A stretch of 64,000 nucleotides of DNA from Lobosporangium transversale (lineage: Eukaryota), in contig NW_019028979.1 in the NCBI RefSeq assembly GCF_002105155.1, forward strand, positions 806,001-870,000, written 5' to 3'. The notes beneath the pieces were generated by a model. That model did not search any database. It worked only from the letters and a program-made list of their open reading frames with translations, and was not told the origin of the DNA. Made by a program: the position numbers and the translations under genes. Below are positions 38,373 to 51,750 of this stretch, piece after piece; the stretch's first letter is position 1; each line of letters opens with the position of its first letter.

Positions 38373-39307
38373 AAAAGAAACAAATAAATACACTGTCAAT
38401 TCACAACCTAGGATAGTGGGTAAGAACCTTGAGCATGAACCTTCTAATGTCTATCTACTTGCTGATGGTTTTGAATGACCTTGATGATAATGATAAATAG
38501 TAATAAATGTGCATTGCTAATATATATATAGGAAGAGTTGCGAAATAAAACCCTTTGCAATTTGCAGTTGTGTCAAACTCATTGTTTATGGATAATCCAA
38601 TGAGTAGCGCAGTTCGCCTCTATGGGATATGGTTTAGTTGTCAAAGCTTGTCATTGTTTGGTTCTCATTAAACAACCTTCGGCAACGGCCAAACAGGACA
38701 AAACACTGTAATTTAATCCTGTTATAAAGGCTCCATGCCATTTTGTGCAGAGATTTATATAATCTACGAAGCCTTTCCTATAGGAATAGCCGGACTACCA
38801 TTCAATGTTGAATAGGTGCATACAACTTAAGCAATCCAGACAAAAAGAAAGAAAGGAAATATGGCTTGTTCAAAATCGACTATAGAAGTGAAGAAGGATT
38901 GTTTGAAACCATTTCTAATAAGAGAGCTCTAACAGCTGTGGGTATTAGCATTCCATGAATCATTGTATACTATCGATACTCGAGAAATAGAGGTCGTTTT
39001 TAGATAAACTTGTTCAAATTAAAAAAAAAAAAAGTAAGGCTCCAGCGCGGTTTTGAAGATAGTAGTAGGCGAATGCTGGACAGAGGGCGATGTCTTGCCG
39101 TTACGCTGACTAGCTGCTGGCATGAATACAGGAACGTCAACTGATCTCATCAAGACATACAAACCATGATATCCAGCATGGCAACAGTAAACGATTTCAT
39201 TTTGATTTGAAAAGATATTGAAACTAGCCAGCCACAGAACGTGTAACCGTTCGAAAAAAAGAGCCAACGAACATGTCTACATTCCTTTTGCATCATCTCT
39301 TTGCAAC

Positions 39308-40861
39308 ATGAGCAATCTAAAATTGAATCCTCTGGAGATTCTAGAAATCATTTCACTCATTGGCAGCTTTCTCGATCGAAAGGATCTTCTAAACTGTCTC
39401 TGCGTCTCCAAAACTTTTCATGGAGCTCTTATCTGGCACATTTGGAGAAAAATCATAGTCAGACGACACGGACCTTTCACCCCCACTGGCGAAGCACTAC
39501 AGAAGCACAAGGAATATATTGAGAAAATTCACTTTATATACCCTCAAAAGGATATTCCAGAAGAGTATGGGTCATTGCAGGGATGTATTCGCCTCCAGTT
39601 TATACAAACCAGCAGAATATCACCGCGCGAACCGGCTCCAACTCGTTTTTTAAATCTAATCAAGGCCCACAACTCTACCATTACCAAAATTAACCTAGCT
39701 TATGTTCAGAATTCACAATTGCTCTGGGAGACACTGCTTGGATGCGCCAACTTCAATCGCTTGAAGGTTGCCTCTATGTGTATAAATGATGGGGTCGACA
39801 TATTCTTTCAAGTTTGCAAGAAACTTGGGTACTTGGATTTCAAAAATGTATCCATACGCCAGCTACCTACCGACTTCCTAAGTGGTGAGGCCAGCGAGTA
39901 TACTTTCCCAAATATGCACACGTTGCGTGTTGACGATGTTCGGATAGATGACCCTCCACATCCGCACACCTCACCATATTGCCTCGGCACGTTGGTGAGG
40001 AGATGTCCAAACTTGTCCACACTTGAGTATAGAGAATGCTACCCGCGCATAGACGTCCGTGATAAATTCTACAATGAAGCGTTTTTTCACCATTCTTGGA
40101 CTCTGGACAATTTGTCAGAGCTGTCTTTCCCTAGCATAGGGATAAAAGACGAAGATTTGGCGGCACTTCTCAGACGGATGACTGAATTAAGACGGTTAGA
40201 TATCCCATGTTGTGATTTTGGCCAGCTCTCTCTGCAAGCATTACTAGCGGACGAACAAGAGATATTGTATAATGGACAAGTGGTACGAAAAATAAGGCTT
40301 CGGAGACTCTGTGAGACGGTTGAGATATTGATGCTCGATGTTCGCAACAAGATAGATGGGCTTGTTTATACTATTTTGTCTAACTGCCCACGATTGAAGC
40401 GACTGTGTGGACCTAGAATCATGGTGACAGAGATTGTCGATGGAGCAGAGTGGGTTAGCACTCAACTGACTGACCTGATTATCACTCTAGTGGCAGACAT
40501 TGACCAAGAGACTGAAGAAGGCATGGCAAAGACACGGATTGTGTTCAAACAGTTAGGTAAATTGACTAGACTACATTCTCTTTGTCTAACAGCTTGGGTT
40601 AGGTCAATACGGACACTTGACTTGCAGTTAAGAGCAGGTCTGGATGAACTGGCCAATCTGAGAAGTCTGTATACGCTAAGTTTCCGAGATGATTTTCACC
40701 AACAAATGCAACTTAAGGATGCGACATGGATGGTGAACAATTGGCCAAGCATCAGATACTTGTATGGTCGCGTGAACTGGGAGTCGGATGAGAATGGAGA
40801 GGATATAAATACTTTGGTACAGAGCTTTCTTAAATCGCACAATATATATTGTTTCCCCTAG
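39308..40861 (+). CDS. F-box/LRR family copy 6 (intact, 517 aa)
   Basis: MSNLKLNPLEILEIISLIGSFLDRKDLLNCLCVSKTFH...LDLQLRAGLDELANLRSL...WMVNNWPSIR; uninterrupted ORF. Confidence 0.85.
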   Translation: MSNLKLNPLEILEIISLIGSFLDRKDLLNCLCVSKTFHGALIWHIWRKIIVRRHGPFTPTGEALQKHKEYIEKIHFIYPQKDIPEEYGSLQGCIRLQFIQTSRISPREPAPTRFLNLIKAHNSTITKINLAYVQNSQLLWETLLGCANFNRLKVASMCINDGVDIFFQVCKKLGYLDFKNVSIRQLPTDFLSGEASEYTFPNMHTLRVDDVRIDDPPHPHTSPYCLGTLVRRCPNLSTLEYRECYPRIDVRDKFYNEAFFHHSWTLDNLSELSFPSIGIKDEDLAALLRRMTELRRLDIPCCDFGQLSLQALLADEQEILYNGQVVRKIRLRRLCETVEILMLDVRNKIDGLVYTILSNCPRLKRLCGPRIMVTEIVDGAEWVSTQLTDLIITLVADIDQETEEGMAKTRIVFKQLGKLTRLHSLCLTAWVRSIRTLDLQLRAGLDELANLRSLYTLSFRDDFHQQMQLKDATWMVNNWPSIRYLYGRVNWESDENGEDINTLVQSFLKSHNIYCFP

Positions 40862-41212
40862 GCTAATAAAGCAAAGAAATACACCGTCATCACATAAGAG
40901 CCTTAAATAAGGGCCTTCCAATGGGTATCTACTTCCTGATGATCGTGGTGCGACCTTGGTGAGATGATAAAAGTCTCTATAGTATTAATAATAACAATTA
41001 AAAAGCATTACACGTTGTAGGAAAATAGACAACGGTGTAGTAAGATTTTCGAGATAAAAAAAAGGATCTTCGCAATCTGTTACGATTGCACTAGCGAATA
41101 GCACATTTACTCTACTTGCTTTACGAGATATGTTCTAGTTGCCGAAGCTTGTCATTGTTCGATTCTCATTAAGCGGCCCTCGACAGGTGTCAAACAGGTA
41201 CAACATTGCGAC

Positions 41213-41341
41213 TCAACTTTGTCGTCTAGGCTCTGTGTCATCTTGTGCAGATATGAATTTATAGTCAACGAGGTCTCTTCGACCTAGATAGTCGACTCCC
41301 ACCCTAATAAACTCAGAAATGTTGTGCAGGCGCATATCCAT
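41213..41341 (-). pseudogene. Second-type F-box-like relic, copy c
   Basis: MDMRLHNISEFIRVGVDYLGRRDLVDY/HICTR*HRA; DNA match to 52001-52035. Confidence 0.55.
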
Positions 41342-41429
41342 GCGATAGAAAAAGATATAAGTTAAGCAATTCAGGTAAGGGATGAGGAAAATATGATTGC
41401 TGAAAAGTGAATGTATAGTTGAGGAAGAC

Positions 41430-41766
41430 ATAGTTCGATGCCATTAACATGAGGGTTCTAGCAGTTTTGAGAGTTGCATTGCAAGAGTCAATGAAATGCA
41501 TGAGTGCACCCTCACAACTTTGTATGCTTCTTTGAGAAACGGCCTCCAAAACCAAACTTTTCAACGTATCTCTTGTGTTTCAGCAGTAGTTCACCAACAA
41601 GGAAGCTAGGCCTGATATGGATGTTTCTCCAAAGAGATCTGGTAAGAGCACGATGAAAAGTGGTGGAGACGCGAATACAATTCAGAGGGCCTTTTCGATC
41701 AAGTAATTCACCAGTGAGGATGAGAATCTCTGAAATATTTAAATGAGCCATGTTAAAGCTGTTCAT
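41430..41766 (-). pseudogene. F-box/LRR family copy 7 (N-terminal part, premature stop)
   Basis: MNSFNMAHLNISEILILTGELLDRKGPLNCIRVSTTFHRALTRSLWR...KHKRYVEK..L*GC; TTTTGCAACATG start context. Confidence 0.8.
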
Positions 41767-43750
41767 GTTGCAAAATGATGCTACGGATAGGTCACAAAGA
41801 CCTCATTGCCAGTAGGACCCTTTTATACACGAAGCGGTGATTGGTGGTTTTCATTTTAATCACATGCAGCGAACGAGTTGATGCTCCGCCACGGCCAGCT
41901 TTTGCTTCCACAGCTCTAGTAAATTAGGGTTATGGGGGAAGTACTCGCTGGGCCATAGATCGCAGATATTAGCGAGAAGCCGTTATTGATGGTGTTTATC
42001 GCTTCTTCAAGCAAAGACAAGTTAACAGGTATTTGATCGTCCTCTTCTTACTAGAAGGATCCTCATTGATGGTCACGTACAGAGCCTTGCAGATAGAAGA
42101 AATAGCGAGAGCGAGATAGATAGGCCAGGCTTGGCAGTCTTTAATAGCCTTGAAGATGGTGGAGGGAATAGGCATGTGTGCATGCGTGATTTCGATAGTC
42201 GGTACAATCTATGAGATGATATAGTAGTTACAATAAATGGCATACACGGTACGTTATGGACAAGTAACTATATATATAACAATCAAAAGTATTAGATGAA
42301 AGTAATAGCAGAGAAATTGAAGCGGAAGGGCACGGGGGTTATATGAAGAGATATCAGGATAACTGAAGACGACCTGTGATTACAGCGAATTTTTGCGACA
42401 ACATTCCATGTATATGTATTCCGGGTATGCTTCCTTGCTATTCTCTGTAGAATATTGACGCTTTTGTGCGTCTGTCATTGGGGCTTATTGGTAGTTATGG
42501 CTGAGGCTGCCTTAATCAGGGAACAGATATCTACAGAACATGGTCGGAAAAGAGTGTTCATCAATTATTATAAGCGTTATACGAAAAAAAAAAAAAAAAA
42601 AAAAAAAAAAAACAAAGACGTATCTTCTGTCTCTGCCATATGTGACAAACCAATGTTCGCTGAACTGTATAGAGGAAGATCAAGATAGCCAATCTCCTTG
42701 ATGCAGTAGAATGAATCAGCCCAGGTTGTACCAGAGCCAGGGGATAACGGAAGCTCAACAAGGCGGAGTTTGAAATTGGTTGAGTACTAGGCGCCTGAAT
42801 CGCTCCGTGGACATGAGGTTGGATAAGGATGAGAGAGGGGATATTTGCCTAAAGCTATTTTGATGGCACAAAAGATTCGTAAAAAGGAGGAAGCGTTGCA
42901 GAGATAACCGAGGAAAGAGACGGAAAAACCTCATTGTGGAAGGGTTTTCTAATATTTGTATGGAAAGGAGGACCATCGGAACGTTTCTTTTACTTTATGA
43001 ATATTTACATGGACAGAAGCCATTGGGACATTTTGGAAGCTTTTCTTCACTCAGGCCTAATGGCTCAAGCAAAATGATGCTGGAGACGTTGGCTTCATTG
43101 TCATCTTGAACTCTTTTTTTCTTTTTTTTTGTGGATTAAAGTGTTTGGGACGTAAAATGATGCAATGTGATTAATGTGATTAGCATTCCAAGTACTGTGC
43201 ACTGATGTGAAAAACCTTAAAATGTGTATGACCCCTGGCCTTTGTCATCTTACATACGCTTATTCTTTATCTTTTTTTTTTTTTTTTTTTTTTTTAAGGC
43301 ACCATTCCTCTCCTCTCTTCTCTTCTCTCCCCTCCCCTCTTCTCTTTGCTCTTTGCCTTGCTCACACACTCTTCCTCTCGTTCATTAACTTGTCTTCATT
43401 CATTCAATTGTTCATTTTGAAGTGAAGCTGACTTTTTTTTTAAGTGTCAGCCCTAAAAATCTTATTTCCCTTTGACATTTTGTCTGGGCTTATTTCTGAT
43501 TGCGAATCCCCGCTTGGTGTCTCGCCCACACTAGTTTTTTTCCGACATTTATTCCTGGCATAGACACTCTTTATTCTCAATCAACCTCTCTTTTTACAAA
43601 GCCTGCCTTTCCTCGGTTCTCTTTTTTCTTCTCCTTTTCTCTTTCATTTTCTCTTTCTCCTTCACCTACACCCACTCTCTTTTTCCGTAAATACTTCTTC
43701 CTTTTTTTTTTTTTGCCTTTATCCTCTCATACCCCAGTTAATTTATAAAG

Positions 43751-44043
43751 ATGGGTTGGACACCAATGGGACCGGACCTCGATACCTGTGGGATGACCAA
43801 TTGGGTTGGATCCTTTGATCCCATCATGTTCATCTATTTTATGCTCGCAACAGTCTTGATCCCATATCCGGTTTATGTTGTTGTCGCCACGGTCTTTAAT
43901 TGGGAGCACCTTGCAAAGCGACCCGCCAGACATTATCAAGACCTTCTCCATGCGACTTCATATGGTGTTATTGTGTTCATCTTTGGGAATTACGCACGGA
44001 CATTAAAGTAAGTTTTGGGAGGTCATTGGATCATCCACGTGTA

Positions 44044-44078
<35 letters not shown>

Positions 44079-45302
44079 CAAGCTGACCATACTCATGGAG
44101 ATTGTACACTAGCTGGATCACCGTCTTGGCTTTCTGGATTACATGGCCATGCTATTCAGTAAGCAAAGAGTTTACCCGATCTGTGTCTATATTCATGTAT
44201 AACATAACATGGATTTCTATAAAGCTAATCCTCTGACGACTTGTAAAAAAAAATCTTTTTTGTAAAGATGATTGCAGAACTTGACTTCGCTAAGACATCG
44301 TTACCGTCGTGGAAGTCGTGGCCATTTGGAATGTATGCATTGTTTGCAGGAGCTACGGGAGTTGTTTTGGTATTTGCAGGATTCCATATATATCTTGGAG
44401 TGGATCTCAACAAGACCGTGCCTGGGTTCTTGGGCTATTACTTATTAGGACTATTGGTCCCTGTGATCCTGACATTGATCGGGTATGCATGCTTGAAACA
44501 ACAGAACATGGATGCGTTTGGGCTATCAAAGGTGTATAATGGTATGTTGAGGCTGCGGTGGAGATGGAGCACACGTAAGGCCAGGCGTGGATTAGAGAAA
44601 CAAAGTAGATTGGAAGCAGCAGCAGCGCCAAAGGTACCGACGATCGATTCAGGAAGTGCAGCAGCGCCGGCAGCAGCGGATCAGCAGGTGCAACAAGATC
44701 GATCAGAGCAACAGGATCAACAACCATCAGGTACAGTTGTAGTCCGAATGGATAACCATTATCAACAACAATCGAGTCATCATGTCAGTCGTACAGGGAG
44801 CCTTGATCCCTTGGTGGATTCCTCTAGTAACCTTCGTTATTCTTCTTTGGAAAATATTGACAATGCCAATGCCAATGCCAATGCCAATGCAGCTGGGGTT
44901 GAAACTGGAGCAGAAACTAAACCTGCAGCTGGAACTTCTACTGCTTTACAGACAGTAGAAACAGGAGTTGTTGTTGAACCATATAAATCCTATGTCTGGT
45001 CCGTGGCTGTTCCAGGATACTTTCATCCACACCACTGGCAGCTATTTTATATCCTCGCTTTCTTTACTCGATTTGAGCATTGGGTTTCAAGAGTGGGTGG
45101 TGGCATTGTTCTGGGCTGTTACATGCAAGGTGTCATGGGTAAGTACTAGGAGCAATTTTTTATTTTTGTTGATGTTGCTGCTTCCAAAGTCTGTCATCTG
45201 ATAATTGACTTTTTTTTTTTACAAATGTATTTCCCACCATGCCCTAATGGATGTAATGATATAATGATAGCCTATGGCTACGACTACCTAATTGAAGAGT
45301 AG
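43751..45302 (+). CDS. Uncharacterised multi-pass membrane protein; 4 exons
   Basis: Exons ~43751-44007, ~44113-44158, 44268-45138 and 45271-45302, all GT-AG. Several hydrophobic helices, a long low-complexity loop and a C-terminal HPHHWQLFYILAFFTRF...GIVLGCYMQG..AYGYD motif. Confidence 0.8.
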
Positions 45303-45601
45303 TTTAAAAAAAAAGATGTCATTCTCGTCGTTATAAATATAATGTTTTATATATAAATTTACACTAATTAATTCCTGTTTGGGATGGGATGGGAATGGGG
45401 ATATCATTTCAGTCATGTCATAATGCAATAGCGCGAGTCGCAACAGATCCTTTTGACCAAGTCTAGGCCCAAATGAAACATGTCTTTACAGCGGCTTGAT
45501 TTCTTTATTGCCTGCCTTTCAACTTCACTTTCCCACTTGCTACGACACCCTTACAACCACAACAACGGCAAACTATTTCTAAAAGTTCACTGCACTGAAC
45601 C

Positions 45602-48235
45602 ATGAGTTTCGCGCTCAAGCTAACTCATTCCCAAAACTCAGTTCATGTATTGGTCGCTGGTAAATTGAATTGTGCAAGCATCCATGTGTGAATCTTGAAT
45701 TGGCATTGTAAATGTTAATTTTTACACTCTTTGAAAAATGACTGGGTTAGTAAAAATTGTCTCTTTCTTTCCTTCTCCTTCCTTGCTCCTCCTCTCTCTC
45801 TCTCCAAAGATCTTCAACCGAGCACTATCTACAGACGGTTCTTGAAAGAATTCCCTGACTGTCTTGAACCACAACCACTCCTTCGATGGCTTGATCATGA
45901 CGGCGATTGGATCCCAATTCGTCAAGGTGATTTAATATCCCTTTTCACAATTTTTATTCTTTTGATATTGTTTATCCATTAGTCGACCCGAATGATTAAT
46001 AAACAAACAAATATGCAAATTTGCTTAATTTATTCAACCCTGCCTGCTTTTAGATGACAAGGATTTAGAGACGATTTTAAGCAAAGAGATTTCAAAGAAA
46101 GGAATAATCCATATTCAATCCGGAGAAGTTGACGGGATATTTGAACCTGCTCAAATAGGCACATTGTTGAATCGGTAATTTTTGATCCATTAGATAAAAG
46201 AAGTTCGAGTTTTAATCATCAAGAGTTTTAATCATCGAGAGCTTAATCATTAATCTGGCTTTTTATTTTTTATTTTTTAAAAAAAATTATTTTCTCTATA
46301 CAGGTATGAACAAGTCATGATATTGTTTGATCAGCTCTATCGAACAGTTGTGAAGGTTAGTCATTCTTACTTTTTCATTTACATTTTTTTGAGATACTCT
46401 TCATAATAACATCTTTATTTCTTTTTAGCTCCCTCCGATTTCCAGTATTCTAATTGTGACAAAACCAGATCCAAAGTTGACAAAGATGACCAGAGTACTC
46501 ACAAGGTGGTTATTGGAGAGATTCCCAGAGGTTACCATCTTTGTAGACAAGAAACTTCAGGAGCGACCTTCGTTTAAATATCATGAATTTCTAGAACATC
46601 ATCCAACTTGGAAGGACCGACTTCAATTCTGGACCTTTGAATGTCACAAGAAATCATCCAAACAAATTCACCTTGCTGTCACATTAGGAGGCGATGGCAC
46701 TGTCCTCTACACTGCCTGGATGTTCCAGAGTCGTGTTCCGCCTATTGTATCTGTAAAGCGAAAAGGAAAAAAAGTGAAAAAGGACTTGTTTTTGTTGTAC
46801 GAGACGTAATAGCTTGTTTTACTAATCCAAACTTTTTTTTATTTTTTTTTTTTTTTTTATTTTTTTTTTTTTTTTTATTTTTTTTTTTTTTTTTATTTTT
46901 TATTTTTTTATAAAAAAAAGTTTCATCTCGGAAGTCTAGGTTTCTTGACCAATTTTAACTTTGAACATTATCAACAAACCATGACCAATATTCTTCGTGG
47001 CGAAGGGATGAACCTCAATATCCGCATGAGACTACAGTGCTCTGTTTATAAATACAAGGATATCACTCAACACTTAAAAGTCAGCAACATCAAGAATAGA
47101 AGGGACAGCAGTGTCGACAACACGAGTAGTAGTAGTAGTAATAGTAGCACAAGTAGCAATAATGGTAGCAATAACGCCAGTACAGGTCTCGTCACCAATC
47201 TTCAACTCAACTCTAATGAAAACATCGCTTCTACGGCAAGCCTCGCTAGTAACGACAACGTTGTTGTGCTTGATAATGATGGTGGTGATATTGAGATTGG
47301 CAATGACAGCGACAGTGACAGTGAGAGTGACAGTGACGGCGATAGCGAAAGAAACAATCATCGTCTAAAGGAGTTGGCAGAACAATACAGGAAAGCCGAG
47401 ATTATGCGCAAAGTTAAGGCGATGGATTCGAAAAGTGGAGCAGAGGTAGCAGATCTTGAGTCCTGTCATGAAAACGGACATGCCCTCATCACTCGAATCC
47501 CAAAACCCAATATTGAAGAGTTCATGACTCCCTCCGACTCTTATCACGTATTGAACGAAGTGACCATGGATCGTGGATCTAATGCAGGAATGTTGCAGCT
47601 GGAGCTATTTGTGGATGGAAACCCGGTGACGACCATCTTGGCAGATGGACTTGTCATCGCTACCGCTACAGGCTCGACAGCATATTCGGTAATTTTATTA
47701 TTATTATTATTTATAATTTTTTATGATAGTGATGATCGATCCATGACTGATATTAAAGTGTATATATACTTTATTTCTAAAAAACCATTAGCTCTCGATT
47801 GGAGGTTCATTGATCCATCCGGATAAAAACTCAGTTATTATATCGCCTATTGCGCCTCACTCCTTGACTGCACGGCCTATGATTATCCCTGGAACCAAAC
47901 ACCTGCGTATCTGTGGTATGTCACCAAGGAAAATCCGATCAACATTTCCTATGATGAATAATGATGAAGATGATGGCCTTAATCATTTTTTTTTCCTCTT
48001 CATTCAAATCTTGTATTTAGTGCCTGCCACTAGTCGAACGACGGCTTGGTTATCGTTTGATGGTCGACATCGTCAGGAATTGGGGCGTGGGGACTCAGTT
48101 ATGATCACAGCATCAAAATATCCAGTCATGACGATTTGCCGACGGGACCAGAGCACGGATTGGTTCACAGGATTGACACAAGTCCTGAACTGGAACAGTC
48201 GTGTTATTCAGAAGCCATTGGGATCCCATTTGTAA
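45602..48235 (+). CDS. ATP-NAD(H) kinase with an N-terminal PB1-like domain
   Basis: NAD kinase motifs VTLGGDGTVLY, FHLGSLGFLT, VLNEV, ADGLVIATATGSTAYSLSIGGS, PIAPHSLTARP and SFDGR. Four upstream GT-AG exons encode MSFALKLTH...LLRWLDHDGDWIPIRQDDKDLETIL. Confidence 0.9.
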
Positions 48236-48416
48236 ATAAAAATGAAAAGAAATATATTTAATAGCTAGGGATGGTTAAAGCATATGTTGTCCACGTGATT
48301 ATTTGTATAATTGTATTATATTCATGTAAATTAAAAGACATGGATGAGATCTCCGAAATATGTCTATCCTTGCAAAAAAAAAAACGAGAACAATAAATAA
48401 ATGTGTATCGACTAGA

Positions 48417-48761
48417 ATGGAGCACCGAGGAATGAGACAAGAGGATCACCCCCACCGCTACGAACCAGATGGATCAGTAAAGATTAGGACAGTTCAGAAT
48501 AACGAATGTACATTGTGGTCATTGGTTCAATACGAATGCGATGCGTCTCCAGCAAGGATTATTTGTCGACCTGTTTATCGAATCATGAAAAAGTAAAAGC
48601 AAGACGACTCTATCCTTTGCTTCCATTAAGTTGAAATATATATGATTTGCTCAGTTTCCTGATCCCACAAAAACTTTTCTTTTTTTTTTAGATGCAAAGG
48701 AAGGCCTACAGTGGAAGTAACACCGTTGTATGATCCTTTGGGCAACGTACTTTACTCTTGA
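48417..48761 (+). CDS. SOM1: Som1-like mitochondrial inner-membrane peptidase accessory subunit; 2 exons
   Basis: CTLWSLVQYECDASPARIICRPVYRIMKK|CKGRPTVEVTP matches the recalled Som1 pattern C..x.L.QYEC....IC.P..R....C.....VE.T. Confidence 0.65.
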
Positions 48762-48894
48762 TTCTTTATCTTGTGAAGAAGTGAAGAAGAAGAAAAAGAC
48801 AAAAAAGAAAAAAAAAAAGTTTTGTATATATATATTCTTTTGAATATGTCTTTCTTCGACCCATTTTATATTTGTACAAATAAAAGTATCTATT

Positions 48895-49549
48895 TCATCC
48901 CTCATGATACTTTTGGCTGATCAAGTATTCTTCCCAAGAGATCTTGCCACTAAGCAAATTGAAAAAAAAAAAAAAAAAAAAAAAGCAAAATTAGGATAAA
49001 TAATAGTTGCCTTATAGATACATATAAAGTATAGAGAAAGAAAGAAAGAAAGAAAAGATCTTACTCGTTGTTGATATCATCTTCAGCAATGACATGGTCA
49101 ATCATTTCAATCATCTTTTCCAATTCCAGTTGAGGATTCGAATCCTCTTTAGCAGGGTCACTGGCTTGACTGAATGCAGCACGAAGTTCGATTCCGTCCA
49201 AGTATCCATCCTTATTGGTATCATGAATCGAAAACAACATCATCAATTCTTCTCTTTCTGTCAAGTTCTTGCCTCTTTCTCCCATGTGTTCCTTTGCGAA
49301 CCTATTTTTATTTCAAATATTTCAGGTCAATTCAAAGCTAACCAAGTCTAAAAAAATAAAATGTAATAACACAACACTCACTCACTCCTTTGCTTTGCCC
49401 ATATCTCCATAATTGCTATGGTCAGCATCGTCCATTGGAGGCTTCAACACTTTTCCAGCCTGTGCATTGACCGAGACTGAGACAGAGAGAAGAGTCAACA
49501 TAGCGACTGCAACGACAGTAGTCGAAATGCTCCATGACAATGAGTGCAT
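48895..49549 (-). CDS. Secretory-pathway EF-hand protein, MCFD2/Ssp120-like; 3 exons
   Basis: Signal peptide MHSLSWSISTTVVAVAMLTLLSVSVSVNA; two EF-hands FSIHDTNKDGYLDGIEL and EDDINNDGKISWEEYL. Confidence 0.8.
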
Positions 49550-50225
49550 TTCTTTATTTTTTACTTTTTTTTGAATGAAATGGAGTATATTGAAAAGATG
49601 CAACTAGAAAAAAGGATGCAAAGCAAAGCAAGTAAATCAAAGTAAAACAAGGCAAAGCAAAAAAGGGGTGAAAGTGGGGTTAGAGTGAAGTGATAAAAAA
49701 TAAAAAGACCAATCATGGACTGCCCACGCACACGCTTAAACAAAAAAAAGGGCTGCATTGCAACATGTAGCACAAACGATTCAAAACTAAACAAGCAGAA
49801 AAGAGTCAAGAATGAACCATCATTAATAAAAACGCGTTCACGAGCTTTTGCCTGCATTGTCTGTACGTTATTTTAAAGGATAAATGTTGTATATGCATGT
49901 ATATATAATACTTATCATAAAATAAAAACAACGCAGCGCGTATTATTGCTAGTCCATGGCCTTGAGTAAGATTCGTCCAGCTTTGGTAAGCGACTTTCTC
50001 ATGCTACTACAGCAAAAGTCTACCATAGATAGACACAAGCGTCAAGTATGAGGAAAGCACTCTTTAAGGATATCTTGACAAAAGTATGGTAAGCATCAAT
50101 GCAGCAGCTTCTCTCTTTTTTTATTTCTTTGCAGGAAATAACGATTTACAGGGAAATAAAAGATTTCGTCCAGCTGAACGTGCATACTCCACCACTTTGT
50201 ACTTTCAACTTGGGTTTTTTGCAAC

Positions 50226-51750
50226 ATGAGCAATTTCAAGTTGAGCCTTAGAGATTCCCGAAATCATCTTACTCATTGGCGACTTCCTCGAGCAAGATGG
50301 CCTTCTAAACTCTATTCACGTTTCCAAAGCTTTTCATAAAGCACTTATCGGACTCGTATGGAAAGAAACCTATCGAACCTTTCCCGAGCAAAAATCATAC
50401 TGGTCTTGCACTACAGAACCACAAGAAATATATTGAGGAACTACGCTTTGGAGTAGACGACATTCCAAAGGAGTATGTCTCATTACAAGGATGTGATCGC
50501 CCCCAATACATCATATACTCAGGTAGAACATGTAATAAACCGATCCGCTCTTTGAAGCTGATCAAGGCTCACAACCCCACCATCACTAAGTTAGGCTTTT
50601 ACAGAATTCAAACTACATTTTGGCTTTGGCAGCCACTTCTAGAATGCACCAACCTCAATTCCCTAGAACTTTATGATACTCCATTGATGACGGAGCCGAG
50701 ATATTCTTTCGAGTCTGCCAGAAAGTTGGGCAATTGGATTTGGAGCTTGTAACCATCCACCAGCTACCCACCAGCTTCCTAAGTAGTGAGGACAGCGAAC
50801 ATGTTCTCCTGAATATACACACATTCCCTACTGAGGGTATCGAGATAGACCCTCTAGATCCGCGCATTAGCTGGTATCTCCTTGGCATGTTGTTATGGAG
50901 ATGTCCCGGATTGCGTGTACTTGAACTTTGTTCAAATATAAGCAACGAGGATGCTCTTTTCTGTCTAGTGTTCCTCCAGCACCCTTGGATCCTGATTAAC
51001 CTGTCAGAACTATCTATTCCTGACATGTTCCTAAAAGACAGGGATATAGCGACGCTTCTCAGACGGATACCTGGATTATGACGGCTAGATATCCCATATA
51101 GTGAGTTTGGCCCGCTCTCTCTGCAAGCATTACTAGCAGACGAACAAGAGATATTGTATAATGGACAATGAATATGAAAGAAAAGGGTTCGGAGCCTCTG
51201 TGAGATGATTGAGATATTGGCGATCAATGTACTCAGCGACAGGACGGGTTGTCTTTCTCAATCTATTTTATCCACTTACCTGAAACAACTAACGGAACCT
51301 AAAATCACAGCGATGCAGATTTTCCGTGGGTCAGATTGGGTATGCACTGGACTGACTGATCTGACTCTCAACCTTGTGGTAGACATCGACCAAGTGACTG
51401 AGAAGGCCTGGTATTGCAGCACTTTAACAAATACGACGCTGAACTTAACGGTAGGGGCAGGTCTGAATGAACTAGCCAACTTGAAGAGCCTGCACACATT
51501 AGCCTTCAGACGAGATCTTTATCAACGAATAACACTCAAGGATGCAGTATGGATCTTGGACAATCGGCTGAGTATCAGATTCCTGAAGGGCCACATTTTC
51601 TTAGTGCTGGATAAGTTTGACCTGGTGAAGTATGATCAGGATGGTGTTGGAAAGAGCTCATATACATCGATAGCACAGATGTTATCCAGGATGAACGCTT
51701 TATGGGATCCCTCCGTCTATTCGATGAAGATGATGAAGAATATTTATGTA
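50226..51750 (+). pseudogene. F-box/LRR family copy 8 (frameshifts, stops, insertion near the C-terminus)
   Basis: MSNFKLSL/EIPEIILLIGDFLEQDGLLNSIHVSKAFH...WYLLGMLLWRCPGL...GL*RLDIP...GAGLNELANLKSL, split over several ORFs. Confidence 0.85.

Noticed and set aside
41800..43100. Protein-like fragments in the spacer; similar ones at 27300-28200 and 52500-53100
   Set aside because: I could not reconstruct a coherent frame or motif.
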